Of a stretch of 64,000 nt of DNA, positions 18,627 to 28,778 are shown piece after piece. Location: contig JACPKY010000002.1 of NCBI GenBank assembly GCA_016186795.1, forward strand, positions 465,044 to 529,043, in the 5' to 3' direction. The notes beneath the pieces are model-generated. The model saw nothing but the letters and a program-made list of their open reading frames with translations. It made no database searches and had not been told where the DNA came from. Origin of the DNA: Candidatus Gottesmanbacteria bacterium. Lineage in GTDB: Bacteria > Patescibacteriota > Microgenomatia > 2-02-FULL-39-11. The translations under genes were made by a program, and so were the position numbers. Each line of letters opens with the position of its first letter. Positions within the stretch are counted from its first letter, which is position 1.

Positions 18627-19381
18627 GTAGACGTTTTCAACTCCCATGGGCGGGAAAAAAATAATCTAGCAAGGCCTAAAAGATCGCCCGTTACGGTTCG
18701 CAGCACCCGCACTGTCGAACCAGGATTATCTACCCAGTGGACAGGTTCTTCATATATTTTATACCCTAATTTCTCACTAACTATAAGAAGTTCACTATCA
18801 AAAAACCACGCATCATCTTTGATATATGGAAGAAGATTCTTCACAGCCTTTTTTGTAATCCCTTTAAAACCACATTGAGCATCAGAAAAATGTGTTTGAA
18901 AAAATAATTTTATCAAAATATTATACCCTCGAGAAAGAATTTCCCTTTTTAATGGTCTATTTGCTACTTTGGCTTTTTTCGATAACCGCGAGCCGATAGC
19001 AATATCGTATCCTGATTCTAAAGCCCGAATAAGCCCATGGAGGTTGTGAAGATCTGTTGATAAATCAACATCCATATAGAGAAGAATTTTTCCCTTACTT
19101 TCTTTCCATGCTTTTTTGACTGCTCTCCCTCTCCCCTTCTCATTTAAATGGATATAAGAAACATTTGGCAAATCTTTTGTGAGTTTTTTGGCAATTGAGA
19201 GACTATTATCGGTTGAAGCATTGTCTGCGATTGTTATCCGCCAGGCAAATTGTGGATGGAGGTTTTTTGACAGATATGTGTGAAGTTTTTTTATATTTGC
19301 AGCTAATTCCAATTCCTCATTGTAGATAGGAATCACTACATCTATAGATGTCTTTGTAGCCATACCCAAACGCGTTTCCAA
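18623..19381 (-). CDS. Glycosyltransferase family 2 (polyprenol-phosphate sugar synthase-like)
   Basis: IDVVIPIYNEELEL...ITIADNASTDNS...LYMDVDLS. Confidence 0.75.
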   Translation of the reverse strand: METRLGMATKTSIDVVIPIYNEELELAANIKKLHTYLSKNLHPQFAWRITIADNASTDNSLSIAKKLTKDLPNVSYIHLNEKGRGRAVKKAWKESKGKILLYMDVDLSTDLHNLHGLIRALESGYDIAIGSRLSKKAKVANRPLKREILSRGYNILIKLFFQTHFSDAQCGFKGITKKAVKNLLPYIKDDAWFFDSELLIVSEKLGYKIYEEPVHWVDNPGSTVRVLRTVTGDLLGLARLFFSRPWELKTST

Positions 19382-21063
19382 AACAATGTTACATATAGTA
19401 GCAAAAACACAGTGAAAATGGAAATGGCATTCCCAACTGTTTGAATCGGAGTACTCACTAGCTTTACCTTCACAACGGTCTGCCCTCTCGATATATCAAA
19501 AGCAACTCTCCCTGAGGAATTTTGAGTTCTGACGATTTCTTCTCCAACGTAAACCATCCATCCGGGGAAATATGCAATATTTGTTACAATTTTTTGTGGA
19601 GTAAGAGTATCCATCTGAAACGTTTTTTCGGTTGGAGTATTCATCATAATGGTACCTACACCTTTTGGTGAAGAGATAAGATTGAATGATTCAGAGATAA
19701 AACCATCTGGTCGTATGAATTCTTTTGGCATATATTCATCAGATATTTTTGAGTAGGTATTTCGTAGCATAAATGGATCTTTGTACTGGTTAGAAGTTAC
19801 GGTAACTATAGTTTTCGGACGAAAATACTTTCCGTTGACACCAATAATCAGACTACACGCGAGAATCAAAAATACGTAATCTACCCTTGTCTTCCTGGAT
19901 AAAAATATCAAGGAAGAAAAAACGGAAAGAGCAAAAAGTGTAAAAACAAGAAACCTCCAAGGGTATTGTATGAAGGGAAAAAACGGCACCGTCTCATACA
20001 TGGGGAGGGAAATATCAAGCATACTGTATATAGATGCAAGGAATAGACCACACATAATAATATAGAAGATTGTCTGTCGGATAGATAATTGAATCCTTCG
20101 TTTATTTACAAGAAATAAGGTAAAAGAAAGAAGGCCAAAAAAAAGATGGACCTTCCCTATTTTAAATGACATTCCATCAGAATATCCCATCGCTGATCCA
20201 CCATACCCCCACGGACTGTCCCACAGCTGGGAGAGGAAAACGAAATGTTGGCGAAAGTTAGATCCACCTTGGATCAACTCCTCTACTTTGGTAAGGTGCT
20301 TTTCCGCAAAGGCGGGAAGCACAAAAAATGCTGACAGCCCAAACGCAAGAAGTACTATTGTAAAAATAGGAATACAATAAAAAAGTTTACGCCGAAAGAT
20401 TCCGTACAGCAAAACCGCGAGTATAAAAATACTTGTGAAAAGAAGTGTAATAAATCCTATAACATTATGGGAAAGAAGTACCGCCGAAAGACCAAGACTC
20501 CCAATAAGTACTCCCTGCTGCAATCGTTGCCCTCCTTCATCTTCACGAAATAACTGCCTATAGGAAAGTACAACTCCCCAAACAAAAAGTGGAAGAAATG
20601 CGTATGCGTACAGTTCTCCTATTGCGCCGCGAACATACACCTGAACTGCATGGTACGGTCCGTAAAGATAGAGCATTGAGGAAAGAAATCCACCGAGCTC
20701 TGATCCTGATATCTCTCTTGCCAATAAATACATAAATACTGCTGCAAGAACTACACCAATTGCGATCATGAGTTTTGTTGCGACCAACAAATCGATCCCT
20801 AGAAAGGTAAATGCAGCACCGATATAGTATGGAAGTGGTGCATAGAAATTAAAAAGTGGATAACCCATGCCATATCCAAGATCAGCAACCCACCGAACGG
20901 GAAACTGACCAAATGAAAGAGATTTCGCCATTTCATAGATTCGCGCCGGTTGTGTATCATCGTGCATGGGAAAAAAGCCAGGAGAAAAAAGTTCCCTAAC
21001 TGATAGGCTTGATAGTAGAAGGAGTACGAAAAAAATTAGACGTATTCTTTTAATGTTTCTCAT
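19342..21063 (-). CDS. Polytopic membrane protein, GT-C-like; tandem paralog of the next gene
   Basis: N-terminal periplasmic-loop motif FFPMHDDTQPARIYEMAKSL..FPVRWVADLGYGMGYPLFNFYAPLPYY is shared with 21050..22678 (FFETHDGEWAIIRLAEMQREL..IPARWSDYLNHGYGYPLFQFTYPLPFY). Start trimmed to MRNIKRIRLIFFVLL; the ORF track runs to 21114. Confidence 0.55.
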   Translation of the reverse strand: MRNIKRIRLIFFVLLLLSSLSVRELFSPGFFPMHDDTQPARIYEMAKSLSFGQFPVRWVADLGYGMGYPLFNFYAPLPYYIGAAFTFLGIDLLVATKLMIAIGVVLAAVFMYLLAREISGSELGGFLSSMLYLYGPYHAVQVYVRGAIGELYAYAFLPLFVWGVVLSYRQLFREDEGGQRLQQGVLIGSLGLSAVLLSHNVIGFITLLFTSIFILAVLLYGIFRRKLFYCIPIFTIVLLAFGLSAFFVLPAFAEKHLTKVEELIQGGSNFRQHFVFLSQLWDSPWGYGGSAMGYSDGMSFKIGKVHLFFGLLSFTLFLVNKRRIQLSIRQTIFYIIMCGLFLASIYSMLDISLPMYETVPFFPFIQYPWRFLVFTLFALSVFSSLIFLSRKTRVDYVFLILACSLIIGVNGKYFRPKTIVTVTSNQYKDPFMLRNTYSKISDEYMPKEFIRPDGFISESFNLISSPKGVGTIMMNTPTEKTFQMDTLTPQKIVTNIAYFPGWMVYVGEEIVRTQNSSGRVAFDISRGQTVVKVKLVSTPIQTVGNAISIFTVFLLLYVTLFWKRVWVWLQRHL

Positions 21064-22678
21064 GATTTTTTTTGATGAAAAAAATCGAAACCGCCATAAA
21101 AAAAATAACTCCAAGTCCTACAAGAGATATGAAATTTGAGACCATACGTATGAATGTATTTCCCAATACTCCATCCACTTTCGTAATTCCTGCTGGGATC
21201 GTAAGCCTCATCAGTCCATCCCCATTACCAAGGGTGGGCAAAACAGGTACCCCGTTTAGAGTAAATTCCCACCCGGGGAAATAAATAATATTTACTTTAA
21301 TAACTGATTGTTCTTGGCTTTCCACCAGGAATGATATCTGTTTTGAATTGAAGAAGGTATTAGAAAGAGTTGCAAATCCGGTTTCTACTTCGACCTTTTC
21401 GTCATAACGCTTTTCTGGTTTTTGCCTAACCCATATAGGCATAAGCTCATCGGCTGATGTGGTGGTAGCATCATTTGTTTGATAATAAGAATCTTCTCGA
21501 TTGATTCGATTCTGTACTGAAACATAAGGAAGTGTCATAAAAATAGCAAGAACAATAAGAAACGTCCCAAGAATTTTCGTGAACGTCCGGATTGGAAGGA
21601 AAATAGTAAGAAACGATATCATAAACGTGAGTGGCGTTAAAAACCTCCAGGGAAAGTCAACCCAAGAAAGGGGAGGGTACTTCCAAAGAAAATAGGAAAA
21701 TGAGTTGGAAAAAAATATCATGACCGCAATTGAAAATAAGCCGTACAAGACAAAAATCCGATATTTCTTCACTTTGGTCCAAGATGTGAAGAAAAGACTA
21801 ATAAATAAGAGAGAGACTGCTACCAGGTGTGCCAATCCAAGTTGAAATGATGGTATCCCGTTATAACCCCGGGCAGAATTAAGAAAATCGGCAAACGCAA
21901 CAAAGTGACGAGCAGTATCAGCAATCGGAATTTGGGAAAGAAGGACAAATTTCTTTTCAAAAAGAACAGGCAAAATAAAAAACGCCGATACACTTACTCC
22001 CAAAAAAATAAGTGGAAGGAAGTACTTCAATGTATACATCATTTTGTTCTTTCGGAGTGAAAGTGTAACCACATACAAAAAACCTATCCAAAAAGGAAAC
22101 ACAAGAAGTGCCGAAACATTATGAGTTAGGATTAGTGATCCAAGAAGGAGTGCTCCAAGAATAAACGTCTTACGATCAGGTCTTTCTATATATCGATAAG
22201 AAACATAAAATAACCACGGGAATATGGCAAAACTAAGAGATTCTCCGAGTGAACCACGTACATAAAGATCTGTAAGGCGAAACGGTGATGCAATATAAAA
22301 AAGTGTACCAAGAAGTCCACCAAATGAACTAGATATTTTTCTCCCAAGAAAGTACATCCCTACTCCTGATAAAAAGACTGACGCGACAAAAAGTATTTTT
22401 ATGGTAGTCGTAAGGCCAATATTGGAAAGAGAAATGAGTGCGCCGAGGTAAAATGGAAGTGGGTAGGTGAATTGAAACAAGGGATATCCGTACCCGTGAT
22501 TTAGATAATCTGACCAGCGAGCTGGAATCTGGAAATCACGGAGTTCCCGTTGCATTTCCGCAAGACGAATAATTGCCCATTCCCCGTCATGGGTTTCAAA
22601 AAAACCTGCCTGGAAAAATGGGAAGGTATAGACAAACCCTATAAAAAGAAGGATGACGATGGGAATAATCCGTCTCAT
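21050..22678 (-). CDS. Polytopic membrane protein, GT-C-like; paralog of 19342..21063
   Basis: See the previous feature for the shared motif. Has 13+ TM segments, and its ATGA overlaps the upstream stop. Confidence 0.55.
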   Translation of the reverse strand: MRRIIPIVILLFIGFVYTFPFFQAGFFETHDGEWAIIRLAEMQRELRDFQIPARWSDYLNHGYGYPLFQFTYPLPFYLGALISLSNIGLTTTIKILFVASVFLSGVGMYFLGRKISSSFGGLLGTLFYIASPFRLTDLYVRGSLGESLSFAIFPWLFYVSYRYIERPDRKTFILGALLLGSLILTHNVSALLVFPFWIGFLYVVTLSLRKNKMMYTLKYFLPLIFLGVSVSAFFILPVLFEKKFVLLSQIPIADTARHFVAFADFLNSARGYNGIPSFQLGLAHLVAVSLLFISLFFTSWTKVKKYRIFVLYGLFSIAVMIFFSNSFSYFLWKYPPLSWVDFPWRFLTPLTFMISFLTIFLPIRTFTKILGTFLIVLAIFMTLPYVSVQNRINREDSYYQTNDATTTSADELMPIWVRQKPEKRYDEKVEVETGFATLSNTFFNSKQISFLVESQEQSVIKVNIIYFPGWEFTLNGVPVLPTLGNGDGLMRLTIPAGITKVDGVLGNTFIRMVSNFISLVGLGVIFFMAVSIFFIKKNHEKH

Positions 22679-24153
22679 TGAGCTATTCCAACAACTTGGT
22701 AAAAAAGAAGATACGTATCTCCCCCTCCCCGACGGTATTTTGCCAGAAGTTTAAGTGGCCAACTTTCTGGTATTTTCTGCTTTTCTTTAAAAACTAAATA
22801 TGTTGGATAACTTTGTGCTTTTAGAAGAAGTTCAGCCGGCACTTCTGAAACCGGCCAATACCCATAGATTTCAATATTTGGGTTTGATTTTAGATAGATT
22901 TCAAATACAGCCGGAAATAATCCAAAAGTACCTTCCGTTCCGATTACAACTTTACCGTATTTCGATTGTTGATCAAGAAATGAAACAACTTCCCTTACAC
23001 CATAACCGGATGGCCAATCATCCATAAGCTGATTTCGATCGTTTTTCGGAATATCTGCCTTCACAGGGTCAGTAATAAGAAGAAAGCTGTCAATGAGAGG
23101 ATAGACAATAATAAGTGAGAAAAAAAGAATCCGAACTATTTTTTTCTTTTTCAATATCTCAAGTATGGAAAAGAATTCATTTGCTCCAATAATAAGAAGT
23201 GGATACGACATGAAAAGTAAAAATCTAGGGAATATAACTTTCCCAAATGCAGCAAGGAAAACAAATGGTATAAAAAACCAGAAAAAGAGATAGAGTAAAG
23301 CTTTATCCCGCTTATAGAAACCAATAACAATACCTAAAAAGATAAGAATACTTATAGGAATTGTTAGGTAACCGAAAATCCACGGAATAAGACCGTGGAG
23401 ATTTGAAACAAAAAGAGAGAAGGGATTTTGCAAAAACTCACTAATGGTCAAAACAAACGAATAGTTCTTTTGCCGAATGAGATAAAACCATGGGGAAAGT
23501 CTTAACAGATTATACATAAGTTGAACAATCAGAATTGAAATAAGAGAAAGACCAATAAATTTGAGAATTCCTTTCCCTCTATTTGATGTATGCTTAGGAA
23601 AAAGAAGATAGGCTAACGGGAGATTAAAAATGAAAAAAAATGCAGATGATTTTGTTAGTGCTCCAAAACCTGAAACTATCCCCAGAAGGAGTGCAACATC
23701 AAGCCGTAACTTTTTGGCAAGAAAGATAGATAAGAAAATACTCCATATCCCAAACATTCCAAGCAAACTATCCATGAGTGCCAGACGATCATAGACAAGG
23801 GTAAAAGGAGAAAGAAGATAAAAAAGGGCAGACAGTATCCCAACGGTTCTTCCAAAAAGTACTTTTCCTACAAAATACATGCCAATACATGCAAAAGATG
23901 CGGCAATTACTGAAACCATCCGTCCCGAAACGAGAGGATCGGAGAAAATTGGCAGAAGTGGGTACATGAACCAGGTAAGAAGTGGCTGCTTTCCATCTGT
24001 CAATGCAATAAACCGATGTGCTGGATCGGCAAGTCCAATCTGTGCCCACCGGATATAAATTGCTTCATCGGTAAATATTGGGATAGAGAGAAGATTTCCG
24101 ATGCGGGTGAGAAATGTCAGCACAAAAAATCCGATTGCAATAGCGAAATCCAT
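22675..24153 (-). CDS. ArnT-like (GT83) membrane glycosyltransferase
   Basis: FTDEAIYIRWAQ...GKQPLLTWFMYPLL...SGRMVSVIAASFACIGMYFVGKVLFGRTVGILSALFYLLSPFTLVYDRLALMDS is a classic ArnT signature. Start trimmed to MDFAIAIGFF (ATG 24151-24153); the ORF-track N-terminal extension to 24411 is not protein-like. Confidence 0.65.
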   Translation of the reverse strand: MDFAIAIGFFVLTFLTRIGNLLSIPIFTDEAIYIRWAQIGLADPAHRFIALTDGKQPLLTWFMYPLLPIFSDPLVSGRMVSVIAASFACIGMYFVGKVLFGRTVGILSALFYLLSPFTLVYDRLALMDSLLGMFGIWSIFLSIFLAKKLRLDVALLLGIVSGFGALTKSSAFFFIFNLPLAYLLFPKHTSNRGKGILKFIGLSLISILIVQLMYNLLRLSPWFYLIRQKNYSFVLTISEFLQNPFSLFVSNLHGLIPWIFGYLTIPISILIFLGIVIGFYKRDKALLYLFFWFFIPFVFLAAFGKVIFPRFLLFMSYPLLIIGANEFFSILEILKKKKIVRILFFSLIIVYPLIDSFLLITDPVKADIPKNDRNQLMDDWPSGYGVREVVSFLDQQSKYGKVVIGTEGTFGLFPAVFEIYLKSNPNIEIYGYWPVSEVPAELLLKAQSYPTYLVFKEKQKIPESWPLKLLAKYRRGGGDTYLLFYQVVGIAQ

Positions 24154-24173
24154 GGTTCTTTGTATTATAGCAT

Positions 24174-25362
24174 TTATGCCTGTTTGATATGGTATTTCCG
24201 CAGGAAAGATTTGATGAGGTACATACTCATAAACACAAGAGGTACCCAAAATAATATATCTTGGATTCGGGCTGTTTGAAGTGAATAATCTCCGATCAGA
24301 AGATATGGAATATATCGCAAAAGTGAAGAGATACTTATAGTTGTAATAAATAGTATCGAATTTCGCGTTGGGAGAAGGGCAAGAATACCAATGAGCATGA
24401 CAAAATACCATGGATACGGCTCCCTGATATATATCTCATACCCGATTCCGATACCAAGCATTATCAAAGCAAGATACATATAAGTTTTAAACGTCAAAGA
24501 TTTACGCATTATCAAAGAAAGAAAAAGCGGTAGAGCAGGCAGGAATGTTATGAATTTCACACCAATTGAAAGAAGCATAAACCCAATCGCCAAAATTTTC
24601 CTCTCAACCACAAAGAATACATAGAGAGAACCGAGGAGAAAAAAGAGCATCAATGATTCATTATGAGGACTCACCAACGTCTCAATAAGAATAAGCGGAT
24701 TTAAGGCAAAGAGGATGAGTCCACGATATGCTTGTTTTGGTGATATTTTTTTCAAAATTTGATACGTCAATAAACTATTTCCGAGGTACGCTAGTATAAA
24801 TAGGAGTTTAAAAAACACAAATGTCAAAACAAATTTTCCACTCCCTATGAAAGAAAAAGGGAGCGTTACCACTAACCATACCGGTCCGTATGGATAGGTT
24901 CTATGTGTCCAATGCATGAATCTTACCCAAAGATCATCAGGAAACTGAAGAGCTGTAAATTCATACGGATTTAAAGAGTATTTTGTGACAATGCGAGCAT
25001 CAAACATGTAATTAAAAAGGTCGTGGGAAAAAGCTGTATAGGCGAAAAAGAGAATACATGCAGATCCCAAAATTAGTAACTTTAGATCACTTGCAGAAAC
25101 GTTTGAGCGTTTCTCTTTATATAAGATAAGAAAGTAACAGAAAAAAAGGGCAAAGAGAATGAATGCAAAAAGGCTTACTGATAAAAAACGATTGAAATAC
25201 CCAACCCAGAGAAGAAACGATTGAAATGATTGGTACATTGGGTTAGCCCAGAGAGTTAAATTAAGATCCACTTGGGTATAGGAGTAGAGAGAAAGGAATA
25301 GAAGAACGGCAAAATACAAAAGAGGAAAACCGAAGATCCATCTCAAGTTCTTCGAAGTCATA
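24174..25362 (-). CDS. Polytopic membrane protein, possible GT-C (DUF2029/PIG-M-like) glycosyltransferase
   Basis: About 11 TM segments with a conserved loop HDLFNYMFDARIVTKYSLNPYEF...RFMHWTHRTYPYGPVW. The ORF-track start at 25382 is a TTG, so start set to the first ATG (MTSKNL). Confidence 0.45.
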
Positions 25363-25368
25363 TTACTC

Positions 25369-26130
25369 TCAATACCGGCCAAAAAGACTATTGAAGCGTA
25401 TTCGGAGTAAATCCCTTAAACCATCCCAAGAGTCTTTTAAAGGATTGACTCGTCTTGTTTCTTGATAATGCCATTCAACAGGAACTTCTGCGATTTTGTA
25501 CCCAAGTTTTTTGGCAATGTACAGAAGCTCAACATCAAATCCTGCAGTAACAGTTGATCCATGAACAGACGCGCGGGAGTGAAAAACTCGAAGTTTAGGA
25601 ATTATTGTTTGAATAACCCCTTTTCGAAACATTTTAAATCCGCACTGAGTATCGCGAATTCCAAGATTTAATATGATATTACGAAGAAGAATAAATCCCA
25701 TTGCCATGGCATGTCTAAGGAATGGAGCTCCGCGCCTATACGTATCACGAGATCCTATGACAATATCATATCCTTTTGCAAAAAAAGGCAATAACGTACT
25801 TAGTTGATGAATTGGTGTTGCTTGATCAAGGTCAGTAAAGAGAATATATGATCCAGATGCCTCAAGCATACCAGCAAGAACTGTTGCTGCTTTGCCCTGA
25901 TGTTTATTTGAAAGAAGTTTGAAGTGCTTATGATCGGAAAGGAACTCTTTTATGAGTTTCCGGCTCTCATCGAAACTTCCATCATCAACAATCAACACTT
26001 CGTAGCGAAATGATTCTTTCTCAAGGAAATGCGCAACCGTTTCTAGCGCTCCAAGACGGATATTGCGCTCCTCATTGAAACAAGGGATAACAACTGATAT
26101 GTAAATACTATTTGTTGTCATTTTCCTCAC
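25369..26130 (-). CDS. GT2 polyprenol-phosphate sugar synthase (GtrB/DPM1-like)
   Basis: IYISVVIPCFNEERNIRLGALETV...VLIVDDGSFDESRKLI. Confidence 0.75.
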   Translation of the reverse strand: MRKMTTNSIYISVVIPCFNEERNIRLGALETVAHFLEKESFRYEVLIVDDGSFDESRKLIKEFLSDHKHFKLLSNKHQGKAATVLAGMLEASGSYILFTDLDQATPIHQLSTLLPFFAKGYDIVIGSRDTYRRGAPFLRHAMAMGFILLRNIILNLGIRDTQCGFKMFRKGVIQTIIPKLRVFHSRASVHGSTVTAGFDVELLYIAKKLGYKIAEVPVEWHYQETRRVNPLKDSWDGLRDLLRIRFNSLFGRY

Positions 26131-27619
26131 TATAGCGGGTCAAGTGAAAAACCTCCGCTGTTGAAACTTTCCACTCACCCACAATCTGAGCCCTACCAAA
26201 TCCGGCAATTTCCCATAAAGGATGACCCAGCGGTTTGCATACCTTTTCTTCGCAAACCACAAAAAGATCACGGGTTACAGTTTGACGAGTAGGATCAATA
26301 GCTGGATTTTCAATCGTAACAGGCTTATTATTCCACGCTTCCAAGAAATAGCGATAGGCGTGGTCAGAATTCCCTTGGGCAATAAGAGCAAAATTGTACT
26401 TCTGCCCTTTTGTTTTTTCATATATAAACTTGGCCACTTCCCTCGTATTGGCAAGCAAATTATTTGGCTCGGTTTTCAATGGGGATTTCTCGCCATGCGC
26501 AAATGTTAAAAAGATAACAAAAAAAACTACAAGTCCCCTTCCTAAAATATTACTTTTTATTAAAAGGAACGATACTACTCCAAAAAGAAGAAAGGGTAAG
26601 GGAAAGAATGAACCGAGGTAATAATCGTAGATTAATCCTTTGTACACACTTAAAAATCCAAGCCCAACAAATAACCAAATAAATAGAATCGTGCACCCTT
26701 GGAAAAAAATTTGATTTTTTCGGATGTCATTTCGCTTGAGCCAAAAAATTACAAACATTACCAAAACAGCTAATTTTGTAATTCTGGCATCAAAAACAAT
26801 CAATAGTCGCCAGAAAATACGGATAAATACATCAAGAAATGTTTCCCCCCACAATGGTAACGTAGGAGATTGACTGGAATTTTTCCCCTCTAAAAAGAAT
26901 CGAAAAATTCCGTTGATATTCACAAATTGATGACGAAACTCAAAAAGTAAAAAAGGAGAATAGGAAAGTAAAAAAGAGAGAAAACCAAATCCTAACACAC
27001 GTACTGAAAAGCGGGATCGATAAAAAACGAGAATAATGAAAATTATAGGAAGAAAAACAAATGTCACGTAATGCAACTGCAGTAAAACTCCCAAACTAAA
27101 TCCAGCAATAATGAACCAATTTTTTTTATTTTGGATAACCACTTTACTGAGGGAGTACATTAAAAGTAGTGCGAAAAATGGAACAATATTTGGATTCCAA
27201 GAAGATCTCCCATACAAAATAGTCAATGGTGAAGTAGCGTAAAAGAACGATGAAAGAAGTCCAACTGAGGGGTGGAAAAATTCAGAACCGAACCGGTAAA
27301 GAAGAAAAATGGTGGCGAGTGAAAAAAATACCACCATTACAGCCGGACCAACGGGATCAAGCTGCCACGCCCATAAAAATGGGACCATAAAGTAATAGTA
27401 AATAGGTCCCATGTAGACAGAGCCGACACTTGTAATTGGTCCAAGAAGAGTAAATTCATGATCTACAATTATACGCTTGACCACTAAGACATCTCTTCCT
27501 TCATCACCTAAAAATGTTATGTACTCTGGGAGCCGATAGAGTCGAAAAATCGCTCCGGTAACGAGAATGAAAAAAAGGAGCATGAAAGACAGATACTGTC
27601 TTTTTATTGTGGTATTCAT
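26108..27619 (-). CDS. ArnT/PMT-like GT-C membrane glycosyltransferase
   Basis: RLYRLPEYITFLGDEGRDVLVVKRI...GPITSVGSVYMGPIYYYF...SPLTILYGRSSWNPN; ArnT-family arrangement with multiple TM segments. Confidence 0.6.
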   Translation of the reverse strand: MNTTIKRQYLSFMLLFFILVTGAIFRLYRLPEYITFLGDEGRDVLVVKRIIVDHEFTLLGPITSVGSVYMGPIYYYFMVPFLWAWQLDPVGPAVMVVFFSLATIFLLYRFGSEFFHPSVGLLSSFFYATSPLTILYGRSSWNPNIVPFFALLLMYSLSKVVIQNKKNWFIIAGFSLGVLLQLHYVTFVFLPIIFIILVFYRSRFSVRVLGFGFLSFLLSYSPFLLFEFRHQFVNINGIFRFFLEGKNSSQSPTLPLWGETFLDVFIRIFWRLLIVFDARITKLAVLVMFVIFWLKRNDIRKNQIFFQGCTILFIWLFVGLGFLSVYKGLIYDYYLGSFFPLPFLLFGVVSFLLIKSNILGRGLVVFFVIFLTFAHGEKSPLKTEPNNLLANTREVAKFIYEKTKGQKYNFALIAQGNSDHAYRYFLEAWNNKPVTIENPAIDPTRQTVTRDLFVVCEEKVCKPLGHPLWEIAGFGRAQIVGEWKVSTAEVFHLTRYSEENDNK

Positions 27620-27656
27620 GTAAAGAAACCTTTATTTACGGTTATCGAGAAAATAC

Positions 27657-28778
27657 TTATCTCCAAATGAAGTGGTTGTATGCAAAGTAACTATATGGTA
27701 CCACGAGAAAGATGATCGACAAAACCATAAAGGTGAACCATGTTGAGGGACCAAATAGTGTTATTCCTGCTTTTACCGAAACGAATTGGATAAGAATTGC
27801 ACCAAAAGCTACACCATTAAAATGTATAAATTTCGAAAGTATTCGTCTTCCAGTAATGCGCTTATGAGAAAACGTCCAGAGGTTATTAAAGAGAAAATTT
27901 GAAATTATTGCACTTTCAGCTCCAACTGATACTGCGATACTCGGATCAACTCGAAAGACTGTTAGTGTCTTGGCGATAACAGTTTGAATTGTAAATCCCG
28001 TACCACCGACTATAACGTATTGGAAGAAACTCTTTGAACGATCTGCCCGAATTAGAAAACTACTCAAAATATATTCAACGACATCTCGAAAGTAGTGCTT
28101 ATTGAAACCGATTTTTGATTTTCCCCGTTTCCGTTCGTGAAAAACTGCAGGCACTTCTACAAATCGTGCTCCAGTTTTTGAAAGTTCATATAAAATTCTT
28201 AGTTGAAAAGAAAATCCCACATCCTTCATCCGCGAAAGAGGTATTTTATCCAAAACACCCTTTACCCGAATAGCTTTAAAGTTACCGGCGTGATCACGAA
28301 CCTCCTTAACTCCTGCAATCCACCATGCCAGAAATGTGTTGGATATTTCATGGTTAATACGTCGGAAAATGTTCCATCCAGACGTATTCCCTCCAGTCAC
28401 ATGCCGAGATGCAACTACCACGTCATATCCTTCTTGTATTTTTTTCACAAGCCGCGGGTAATCTTTTGGATCCCATTGAAAATCAGCATCATTTGGTATA
28501 ACAATATCAGCATTCAACTTTCTCATTGCATATTCAAAACCGGCAACGAGAGCACTTCCTAGTCCTACTTTCTTTTTCGAAAGTAAATACACTTTCCCCT
28601 CAAAACGCTTCTGGTATTTTTTGATAACCTCAGAAGTCCCATCTGGTGATGAATCGTCTACAACCAGAATCGACGTCTTCCATTGAGGATAGTTTTTTCC
28701 AATATGGAAAATTTCCTCAATCATAAGCCCTATATTTTCCTTTTCATTAAACGTTGGAATAATATGGACGATGTTCAT
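27657..28778 (-). CDS. GT2 polyprenol-phosphate sugar synthase fused to a C-terminal GtrA-like membrane domain
   Basis: N-terminus IVHIIPTFNEKENIGLMIEEI...ILVVDDSSPDGT (GT2). C-terminus FFQYVIVGGTGFTIQTVIAKTLTVFRVDPSIAVSVGAESAIISNFLFNNLWTF is the GtrA family signature. Confidence 0.75.
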   Translation of the reverse strand: MNIVHIIPTFNEKENIGLMIEEIFHIGKNYPQWKTSILVVDDSSPDGTSEVIKKYQKRFEGKVYLLSKKKVGLGSALVAGFEYAMRKLNADIVIPNDADFQWDPKDYPRLVKKIQEGYDVVVASRHVTGGNTSGWNIFRRINHEISNTFLAWWIAGVKEVRDHAGNFKAIRVKGVLDKIPLSRMKDVGFSFQLRILYELSKTGARFVEVPAVFHERKRGKSKIGFNKHYFRDVVEYILSSFLIRADRSKSFFQYVIVGGTGFTIQTVIAKTLTVFRVDPSIAVSVGAESAIISNFLFNNLWTFSHKRITGRRILSKFIHFNGVAFGAILIQFVSVKAGITLFGPSTWFTFMVLSIIFLVVPYSYFAYNHFIWR

